This document shows positions 56,915 to 64,000 of a DNA stretch of 64,000 bases, piece after piece; the first letter of the stretch is position 1, and each line of letters opens with the position of its first letter. The translations under genes were made by a program, and so were the position numbers. The notes beneath the pieces are model-generated. The model was not told the DNA's origin and made no database searches. It saw only the letters and a list, made by a program, of their open reading frames with translations. This DNA comes from Candidatus Zixiibacteriota bacterium (GTDB lineage Bacteria; Zixibacteria; MSB-5A5; JAABVY01), in the NCBI GenBank assembly GCA_011056555.1, contig DSEQ01000032.1:1257-65256 (forward strand). Direction: 5' to 3'.

Positions 56915-59100
56915 ATAAGCTTTAGATTGGCGTATTTCGCAAACAGCTTTTTTTTACCTCCCCACCTGAAACGCACTTCCACTGTGGTGTTGTCGGATGA
57001 TCCGGTTCGTGAGACAATTTTGCCTTCTCCCCAGGTAGGATGAATAATTCTTTTTCCAACTTTCAAATCCCTGTATTTATCATTCGGGGCGACATAGTTT
57101 TGTTCATCATAATGGGCCCGCTCTGAACCGGTGTAGGTTCCGGGATAGGATGAGCTAAAAGTCTGATCTTCAAATTCAATGCATTCCTCCGGAAGTTCAT
57201 CGATAAAACGGGATTTGATGGAGAGCATCTCGCCGAATCTCATGCGCCTTTGTGCATAGCTCAACGTCAGGCTCTTCTCGGCGCGGGTAATACCGACATA
57301 AAAGAGACGGCGTTCTTCCTCCAGCTCCTCCGGCTTCTCCATGCTGCGTGAGAGCGGAAAAAGTCCCTCCTCGAGGCCGGTAATAAAGACTTTCGGAAAT
57401 TCCAGTCCCTTGGCGCTATGCAGGGTCATCAGCGTCACCACGTCCTGTGAGCTGTCCCAGGTATCGACATCGGTGTAAAGCGCGATCTCCTCCAGGAAGC
57501 CCTCGAGTGTGGCATTTTCGACCTTATCGCAATACTCCTGTACCGCCGCTATCAACTCGTCAATATTTTCTTTTCTGGATTCAGCCTCGATCTGATCGTA
57601 TTCGCTGAGGCTGTCCACAATCCCTGAGATTCGCGCGGCGGTCTCAGCAAGTTCCACCGGCGACTGCTCCTTTTTGGCCCTGACCAGTTCTTTATATATT
57701 CTTTGAAATTGTTTTGCACCATTCAAGGCCGCGCCCTTGAGGAAATCGAGCTCCTCGGCGTTTAAGAGCAGTTCAAGAGGCGAAGTCGAGCGGCGGACTG
57801 CCGCCTGCTCGATACGCGCGATATTGACCGGACCAATGCCTCGTTTGGGGAAGTTTATTATTCTTCTAAAAGATATAATATCATAAGGATTCACCAGCAT
57901 CTTCAAATACGCTAGAATATCCTTGATCTCCTTGCGCTGATAAAAACGGATGCCCCCGACAATGGTGTAGGGAATGAACCTGTTTTTGAGCGATTCTTCC
58001 AGCGCGCGGGACTGGGCGTTGGTGCGGTATAAAATTGCGATATCACGTCTCTTATACTTGTCTGAGGCAACCATGTTTTCTATATCTTCGCAGATCATCT
58101 CGGCCTCGTTGCGGTCGGAGTTGACCTTGATCAGTTTGATAAGCTCCCCTTCTTCTCCTTCGGTCCATAATGTCTTGCCTTTACGGGAGCGGTTATATTT
58201 TACCACCTCGGAGGCGGTCCTCAGGATCATCTTTGTGGAGCGGTAATTCTGTTCCAGTTTTATGATCCTGCAGTCCGGAAAGCTGGCTTCGAAATCCAGG
58301 ATATTTCTGATATCCGCTCCCCGCCAGCCATAGATAGACTGGTCATCATCCCCCACCACCGTGAGCATGCGTGATTTTTCAGCCAGGATTTTCACCAGCA
58401 GGAACTGGACGTGGTTGGTGTCCTGGTATTCATCAACCAGAACATGCTGAAAATGATTCTGCAGTTTTTCGCGCACGTCCTCATGATTCTGCAGAATGTA
58501 AACTGTCCAGAATAGGAGATCGTCGAAATCGAAGACATTGCTTTTGCGCAATTGCTGCTGATACACTTTGTAGACTTTTGAGACTATTTTATTAAAATAG
58601 GCTGCGGCTGTTTTTTCGTATTCCTCCGGGTCGACCATGATTTCCTTGGCCCGACTGATATATTCCGCCACCGCCCGAGGAGCATGAGTTTTTACGGATA
58701 TATCCAGTGATTCCATGCAGCGCTTGATCAGGTTCAGCGAGTCATCCTGATCATAGACTCCGAAGCTCTTCTCATATCCGATTCGGTCGGCATAACGTCT
58801 CAACACCCGCAGGCAGAATGAATGAAACGTGGATACCCGCATCTGATCTGCAGAGGGACCTGCCAGGTCAATAAGCCGGGTTTTCATCTCATTGGCGGCC
58901 TTATTTGTAAATGTCACCGCCAGGATGCGATATGGAGGGATGTTCTTTTCATGCACCAGGTAAGCCGCCTTGTAGGTAAGTACCCGGGTCTTGCCCGATC
59001 CGGCGCCGGCCAGTATCAAGAGCGGGCCGTCGGTATAGACCACCGCCTTCAATTGCTCGGGATTCAAGTCGGATTTGATTTTTTCCAGGAACTTATTCAT
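56911..59100 (-). CDS. pcrA: ATP-dependent DNA helicase PcrA/UvrD (SF1)
   Basis: Motif I AGAGSGKTRVL, DEYQDTN, VGDDDQSIYGWRGA, YRS and T.H.AKGLEF, plus a C-terminal Tudor-like tail. Confidence 0.9.
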   Translation of the reverse strand: MNKFLEKIKSDLNPEQLKAVVYTDGPLLILAGAGSGKTRVLTYKAAYLVHEKNIPPYRILAVTFTNKAANEMKTRLIDLAGPSADQMRVSTFHSFCLRVLRRYADRIGYEKSFGVYDQDDSLNLIKRCMESLDISVKTHAPRAVAEYISRAKEIMVDPEEYEKTAAAYFNKIVSKVYKVYQQQLRKSNVFDFDDLLFWTVYILQNHEDVREKLQNHFQHVLVDEYQDTNHVQFLLVKILAEKSRMLTVVGDDDQSIYGWRGADIRNILDFEASFPDCRIIKLEQNYRSTKMILRTASEVVKYNRSRKGKTLWTEGEEGELIKLIKVNSDRNEAEMICEDIENMVASDKYKRRDIAILYRTNAQSRALEESLKNRFIPYTIVGGIRFYQRKEIKDILAYLKMLVNPYDIISFRRIINFPKRGIGPVNIARIEQAAVRRSTSPLELLLNAEELDFLKGAALNGAKQFQRIYKELVRAKKEQSPVELAETAARISGIVDSLSEYDQIEAESRKENIDELIAAVQEYCDKVENATLEGFLEEIALYTDVDTWDSSQDVVTLMTLHSAKGLEFPKVFITGLEEGLFPLSRSMEKPEELEEERRLFYVGITRAEKSLTLSYAQRRMRFGEMLSIKSRFIDELPEECIEFEDQTFSSSYPGTYTGSERAHYDEQNYVAPNDKYRDLKVGKRIIHPTWGEGKIVSRTGSSDNTTVEVRFRWGGKKKLFAKYANLKLI

Positions 59101-59194
59101 AGATCGCCTAATATATCTAAATACGATTAGTAGTCAATCATGAAGCGCATAAATTAATTGCCAGTAAGGAAAATTTGTAGTATTTACATGCATT

Positions 59195-60019
59195 ATGCCT
59201 GAATTACCGGAAGTTGAGACAGTGGTCAGGGGTCTGCAGGGCTGCGTTGCCGGAAAGACCATAAGTGAAATAGAATATTGCGCACCGCATCTGCGTAAAC
59301 TGAACCTGCGCGGCTTTGCGGGCAAAGTTGCGGGAAGAATTATTGATTCGATCGACCGAATCGGGAAAAACATATTTATTAATCTTGATGACGGCGCGGT
59401 GTTTCTTGTCCATCTCAGGATGACCGGCCAGCTTCTGTATTGTTGCCAGCAGGTCCCGGAAGATAACCACAATCACCTGAAAATGAACTTTGTGGGTAAC
59501 GGCGAGGCGCTTCTCTTTCGCGATGTGCGTAAATTCGGGCATTTCATCCATATTCCAGCCAAGAAAAAATCGGCATACATAGAGAGCATGGGCCTGGGAG
59601 AGGACGCCTTGAAAATTGAGGCGGACAGTTTTGTTGAGGTACTGAAATCAAAAAAGCGGATGATCAAACCGCTGCTTTTGGATCAATCTGTCGTGGCCGG
59701 CCTGGGGAATATCTATGTTGATGAAATCCTGCACAGGAGCAAAGTACACCCGCAAAAAATATCCTCAGGCATAGCCTCCCGGAAATTGCGTGAGATGTAT
59801 GACCATATGCAAAGGATTCTGAGATTCTCGATCGAAAATATGGGTACAACATTTGACTCATTCTCCGGCGTCAACTCGGAGCCGGGCAGGAATCAGAATT
59901 ATCTGCTGGCCTATAATAATGCCGGAAAGCTATGTAGTCTCTGTGGTAAAAGGAAGATCAAGCGGATTGTAGTGGCGCAGAGAGGTACTTTCATCTGCAC
60001 AAACTGTCAGCGACCTTAG
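59195..60019 (+). CDS. mutM: formamidopyrimidine-DNA glycosylase
   Basis: The N-terminus is MPELPEVETV, a GLGNIY H2TH motif is present, and the C-terminal zinc finger is CSLCG...CTNCQ. Confidence 0.9.
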   Translation: MPELPEVETVVRGLQGCVAGKTISEIEYCAPHLRKLNLRGFAGKVAGRIIDSIDRIGKNIFINLDDGAVFLVHLRMTGQLLYCCQQVPEDNHNHLKMNFVGNGEALLFRDVRKFGHFIHIPAKKKSAYIESMGLGEDALKIEADSFVEVLKSKKRMIKPLLLDQSVVAGLGNIYVDEILHRSKVHPQKISSGIASRKLREMYDHMQRILRFSIENMGTTFDSFSGVNSEPGRNQNYLLAYNNAGKLCSLCGKRKIKRIVVAQRGTFICTNCQRP

Positions 60020-60054
60020 CCCCTTTTAGCTTATTTGATGTAGATCCCCGAAAA

Positions 60055-60870
60055 TCAGTTGGCAAAGTGCGATCTGAAATCAAGCATCAGATCATCATCC
60101 GCATCACCTGTCGCCACATACCAGTACTTGCTGCAATTCCAGAGCAGAAGCCTGTGTTCGCCCATTTTATAATAGTATGTGCCCTCGTCACCGGGGAGCT
60201 TCTGCAAACCGGCGGGTCGGGTAAAATCCCCAAGATTCATAACGAAAATAGATATCGGATGCCCCTGGACACTATATACTATCTGGGCACATGGTCTCTC
60301 GTTATCGTCAGCGACTTTCCCGCCATTGGGCTGAAAACCCATTTCCCGCAGGAAAATGCCCTTGGGCAGGCTCATCTTGGCCGAAAGACATGAATCGATC
60401 ATGTGTGGGTCATGAGTGGTAATGTCCAGCAGATTTTCTCCCCTGACGGCTAAGTCATGGTTCTTTATGAAGTCATCTGCCCAGGCTGTCTGATTCGAAT
60501 TGCCGATATAAAGGGCAAATGATATGATAGCGATTATCGCAAAGAACCCCACAGCAAAAACCGGCCGTCTAAATAGAAAAAAACGCTGGGAGTTTCCTTC
60601 GGTTTCCTCAGGATTCTCTTCCGGCTCTTCTTCCAATTGTTCAATGCGATGCTTAACCTGCTGTTTCAGACGATCAACAGCGCTGAGCTGTTCCTGCTCC
60701 TGATGGCAGCATTTTGTTCTGATGAACTGATTGAGATGTTCCTCGAAGGTGTAAGTCTCGAAGCAATGCTTACATTGGGACAGATGTTCTTTCACTTCTT
60801 CAACTGACTTGTTATCAAGCTGGTTGTCAAGGAAATCATAGAGTAATTTCAATGCTTGACGGCACTTCAT
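60055..60870 (-). CDS. anti-sigma factor (zf-HC2, single TM)
   Basis: The N-terminus carries the H-x3-C-x2-C motif (HLSQCKHC) and there is a central TM helix (VFAVGFFAIIAIISFALYI). It overlaps the ECF sigma gene by 4 nt. Confidence 0.75.
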   Translation of the reverse strand: MKCRQALKLLYDFLDNQLDNKSVEEVKEHLSQCKHCFETYTFEEHLNQFIRTKCCHQEQEQLSAVDRLKQQVKHRIEQLEEEPEENPEETEGNSQRFFLFRRPVFAVGFFAIIAIISFALYIGNSNQTAWADDFIKNHDLAVRGENLLDITTHDPHMIDSCLSAKMSLPKGIFLREMGFQPNGGKVADDNERPCAQIVYSVQGHPISIFVMNLGDFTRPAGLQKLPGDEGTYYYKMGEHRLLLWNCSKYWYVATGDADDDLMLDFRSHFAN

Positions 60871-61472
60871 TTTTCTTCACCCTTCACAGATTTATTCTTT
60901 GTTTTCAAAAAACCATTTCTCACTGCATAATCCCATAAGCTCTTCTGCAAAAGCTTGCGCCCCCTATGCAACCTGGACTTGACGGTGCCAAGTTGAAGAC
61001 CCGCTATTTCTGCGATTTCCTGGTAAGAGAATTCCTCCAAAAATGCCAGTACCACCACAATTCGGAAGTCGTCAGGGAGCTCTTCGATGGCCCTTTTGAC
61101 ATCGTCGTCAAAAATCCTCGAAAATAGAGATCCCTCCGGATCGCCGTCCTCCGTTTTCTGGAATTTCAACTGGTGGTAAAGATAGTTATCATCAACATCC
61201 TCATAAGACATGGAGGTTGGTTTTTTGCTCTTCTGCCGATAATCATTGATGAAAATGTTCATCATTATCTTGAAGAGCCAGGCCCTTATGTTAGTGCCTT
61301 TTTCAAATCTGTCGAAGAATCTGTAGGCCTTTAACAAAGTCTCCTGTACCAAGTCCTCCGCATCTTTAGTATTCTTTGTCATCCTGAGGGCGGTTCGATA
61401 CAGCGCATCGGTATGATCCATGGCTGTCTCTTCGAATTCCCTCTGTTTCTTGTGATCGTCCGACTTACTCAC
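60867..61472 (-). CDS. ECF-type RNA polymerase sigma-70 factor
   Basis: Region 2 is DAEDLVQETLLKAYRFFDRF and region 4 is LAFLEEFSYQEIAEIAGLQLGTVKSRLHRGR. The start is GTG 61472 or an internal ATG. Confidence 0.85.
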   Translation of the reverse strand: MSKSDDHKKQREFEETAMDHTDALYRTALRMTKNTKDAEDLVQETLLKAYRFFDRFEKGTNIRAWLFKIMMNIFINDYRQKSKKPTSMSYEDVDDNYLYHQLKFQKTEDGDPEGSLFSRIFDDDVKRAIEELPDDFRIVVVLAFLEEFSYQEIAEIAGLQLGTVKSRLHRGRKLLQKSLWDYAVRNGFLKTKNKSVKGEEK

Positions 61473-61824
61473 AAATTTCTAAGTTGTTTTCAGCCAGAGT
61501 GAAGAGTCACACTTCTGACTAAAATAACAACTCCTCCAAGTTTTAAGTTCCCAAAATATGCTCTATAAAGATAAAACCATAGCTAACTTAATCAAGCCAT
61601 TTCTTTTATTGGTATTCTCAGGATGAGTGGTTACAGCCCGTGCTTTTATTGTCTCACCCTCGCCAGCCGCTTAAACACGATAAATTTGTCAAGAATATTA
61701 TACTGCAATACTCCTTGTTTCGCAATCTTATTTTTTATACTCACCAACCCCCAAAAAGGTCAGAGTAATCTTCATAAAATAAGTCCTATTTCCCCTGCAG
61801 AAATCGTATATACTCGCAAATTGT

Positions 61825-62700
61825 TTACTTTATTGCCCTTACAAGCTCCGGTACGAATTCCTCCAGGGTCTTTGGGGAGTAATCGAATTCTGACGGCATG
61901 CTCTGTGGATCGTAATTGAAATCCCCTTCTTCAAAATATCTAAACATAGCCAGGTAATCATCACAAAATTTATCGGAGATTCCGAATCCAGTGAAAACTT
62001 CACGGAACTGATCATCCGAAACACGCATATACTTTATCATTCTGTTCAACTTTTCCGAAATTTCCATGGCAATGTCGAAGAAACTGTATTCAATTCCGGG
62101 CATATCGATTATTTCCCATCCGTTGGGTCCGCGCCGGAAAGCCTTGAAAGCAATCTCGGCGATATCATCGACAGAAACATGCGGAATCTTGATATTGCCC
62201 GGCATGGGATAGGTGAAGAATCCGGCTGATGAAATAGTCTCAAAGAAATTATACATATTCTCCAGAAAATTCCCGGGGCGAATCACGGTTACCGGAATCC
62301 CCGTATCTTTAAGATCGGCTTCGATCTGTATTTTGGAATCGATCAATGCTGACCCGGTACCCTTCTCAACCCCGAGGGAGCTGATGAATATTGCATGCTC
62401 GATATCCGTGGTCCGCAGCGCTTCCGCGTAATTTTTGCCGATCTGGACTTCCTCTTCGTAATGTCTGCCGCTGGCTGGATCCCCCTGCACCAGAAGAAAG
62501 GCACGGCCACATCCATCGAAAGCCCTGAGACAGAAATCCCGATCGAGCAGATTTCCAACCGCCGGTTCGGCCCCTTTTTTCTTAAAATCCTCGATTTTTT
62601 CCTCGCTCCTGGATACTACCCGGATCCGGTTTCCTGATTCCATGAGATGTTTTGCCAGGCGGCTCCCGATTTTACCGGTGGCTCCGGTTACCAAAATCAT
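61825..62700 (-). CDS. NmrA-like / atypical SDR NAD(P)-binding protein
   Basis: I prefer the ATG at 62700, which gives MILVTGATGKIGSRL, a Rossmann GxxGxxG motif. Confidence 0.8.
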   Translation of the reverse strand: MILVTGATGKIGSRLAKHLMESGNRIRVVSRSEEKIEDFKKKGAEPAVGNLLDRDFCLRAFDGCGRAFLLVQGDPASGRHYEEEVQIGKNYAEALRTTDIEHAIFISSLGVEKGTGSALIDSKIQIEADLKDTGIPVTVIRPGNFLENMYNFFETISSAGFFTYPMPGNIKIPHVSVDDIAEIAFKAFRRGPNGWEIIDMPGIEYSFFDIAMEISEKLNRMIKYMRVSDDQFREVFTGFGISDKFCDDYLAMFRYFEEGDFNYDPQSMPSEFDYSPKTLEEFVPELVRAIK

Positions 62701-62876
62701 TTCAGCGCTCCTGTTTAAGGGTAATCTGATCCGCAGCGAAATATCAAAGCCAAGGTAAGCAATAAAATTCGCCAGGCAAGCGAAAATGGACACATCCTGC
62801 CCGGATGAGAAGTTGAACCTCCGGAAAAGTATCACAAAGACTATTAAAACTTGGAATTATATAGCCGATAAGATCA

Positions 62877-63158
62877 ATGATAACTATAGACGTGCATGAG
62901 GCTTTTAAAATGCTTATCTGGTGTGTTATATTGTTTTCACTGGGAATTGCGGCCTTTCTGGATAGTCTCTTTAATTACGGGGATATATTCAGGCGTGTAA
63001 ATTCTGTTCTTTTTATGCTGATTGCTCTGGGTCTCCTTGTCCGCACCACCACGAAAATGAAAACACGCAGGATGGAAAACTATATTGAAAAGGTCGATGA
63101 CCTCAGGGCTGAAATCAAGGATCTCAGAAATAAAAAAGGGTCGCAAGCAGGCATCTGA
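62877..63158 (+). CDS. small two-TM hypothetical protein
   Basis: The 93-aa ORF has two hydrophobic helices and a charged coiled-coil-like tail. There is no other support. Confidence 0.4.
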   Translation: MITIDVHEAFKMLIWCVILFSLGIAAFLDSLFNYGDIFRRVNSVLFMLIALGLLVRTTTKMKTRRMENYIEKVDDLRAEIKDLRNKKGSQAGI

Positions 63159-63215
63159 CGAGAATCATATTAGCCGGCCTGCAAATTGATCCTGGTCAAA
63201 TGAGGATATACAGCT

Positions 63216-63593
63216 GTGGATAACATCAAAAGAAAGTCACGAGAAGTTCCCAACGATTACTTTCTGGTTTATGAACATCAAAAAAATGAATTCATGGGGC
63301 GCCTCTTGAATATGTCCCTGGGCGGTATGATGCTGGTCTCCGAGGGTCCGGTGGAAATCGAGAAGCTCTTCAGCTGCCGAATGAAACTGCCTGAGGTGAT
63401 ATACGGGCATGATTATATCGTCTTCGAGGCCGAGAGCAGATGGTGCAAGATGAATAACAATACCAAGATGTATGAGACCGGATACCAGCTAAAAAATGTC
63501 TCGGATGAAGTCGAGAAGATGATCGCTATCCTTATGAAAATCTGGAGTTCTGCGAACGACAACAGTCCGAAAACATGGCCCATGAAATTCTAG
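63216..63593 (+). CDS. PilZ-like domain protein
   Basis: KRKSRE is followed about 25 aa later by NMSLGGM, which resembles the (D/N)xSxxG motif. The arginine motif spacing is not canonical. The start codon is GTG. Confidence 0.55.
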   Translation: MDNIKRKSREVPNDYFLVYEHQKNEFMGRLLNMSLGGMMLVSEGPVEIEKLFSCRMKLPEVIYGHDYIVFEAESRWCKMNNNTKMYETGYQLKNVSDEVEKMIAILMKIWSSANDNSPKTWPMKF

Positions 63594-63639
63594 TAGAGTA
63601 CATTCTTTTATTCTATTGTATCCCGAAAATGAACTTTTT

Positions 63640-63668
63640 CCCGCAATCTTTTTTGCGGGATTTTTTTT
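63640..63668 (+). terminator. rho-independent terminator
   Basis: CCCGCAA-TCTTTT-TTGCGGG followed by T8. Confidence 0.7.
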
Positions 63669-63747
63669 GAAAATGCGGGCCGCTTTTTCCATTATATTGT
63701 AAAACAGTATAACGATCGATGGCCATTTAAAAGGCGGATTGAATATC

Positions 63748-64000
63748 ATGTGTCCTCGATTCATGATTGCTCTTCTGTTTATCTCGGCTCTATATGGAGG
63801 ATACCTTTGTGCGCAGGATAGCGAGCTTGGTGAAAGTGAAGCGGCGCCTGAGGACTCAATCATACAGGATACTGCATTTATTGATTCGAGTGCCAGTTCC
63901 GGCCGCGAGGTCAATCTGCTCATTGAGGAATTCACCGGCACCAACAAGATAGGCCAGTTTCTTCAGCAACAGAGATACAGGTTGAATTACAGTCTGGACA
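63748..64000 (+). CDS. secreted hypothetical protein, N-terminal fragment (continues beyond the window)
   Basis: The frame from ATG 63748 is open to the window end. It reads MCPRFMIALLFISALYGGYLCAQDSELGESEAAPED... and has a signal peptide. It is absent from the ORF track because there is no stop codon in the window. Confidence 0.5.
   Translation, partial: MCPRFMIALLFISALYGGYLCAQDSELGESEAAPEDSIIQDTAFIDSSASSGREVNLLIEEFTGTNKIGQFLQQQRYRLNYSLD

Noticed and set aside
63489-63947. 152-aa minus-strand ORF
   Set aside because: It overlaps the PilZ-like gene end, an intrinsic terminator and the start of a signal-peptide-bearing plus-strand ORF. It is therefore unlikely to be real.

Overview
This 64-kb window looks like a chromosomal segment from an uncultured bacterium with moderate GC content. 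The tmRNA tag GENNFAMAA and the abundance of FISUMP and dockerin-like proteins suggest the Fibrobacteres/Bacteroidota-related (FCB) superphylum or a related candidate phylum. That placement is inference only.

The backbone is ordinary housekeeping.
- RNA genes: tmRNA, two tRNA-Lys and one tRNA-Leu.
- A minus-strand proteostasis block: tig-clpP-clpX-lon-engB-purA.
- nadC-birA.
- A tightly packed run: cobB-like sirtuin, radical-SAM protein, TPR/TonB_C lipoprotein, pyrK, pyrD, pyrF.
- Other genes: a second lon, gdh, rpmG (missing from the ORF track), a treT-otsB-otsA trehalose cluster, pcrA, mutM and an ECF sigma/anti-sigma pair.

Three accessory themes are embedded in this backbone.
1. A paralogous family of secreted proteins. 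Each has an N-terminal dockerin-like Ca-binding repeat pair, Ig-like spacers and 1 to 4 FISUMP domains (Fibrobacter succinogenes major paralogous domain). One is a 1,192-aa four-module protein with a recent ~882-bp internal tandem duplication. All six FISUMP domains share a conserved scaffold and a hypervariable C-terminal cassette.
2. A tandem array of three exported serpins with divergent reactive-centre loops. The middle copy is interrupted by a single in-frame TAA.
3. Several families of short, highly structured palindromic repeats (REP/BIME-like 'hairpin forests'). They fill at least six intergenic regions, mostly flanking the accessory genes, the tRNAs, gdh and lon2.

An orphan two-gene operon sits beside the tmRNA at the window edge: a 357-aa protein with no recognisable family plus a zf-HC2 protein.

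I found no CRISPR array, transposase, integrase or reverse transcriptase. All family assignments come from motif recognition by eye. No database search was run.
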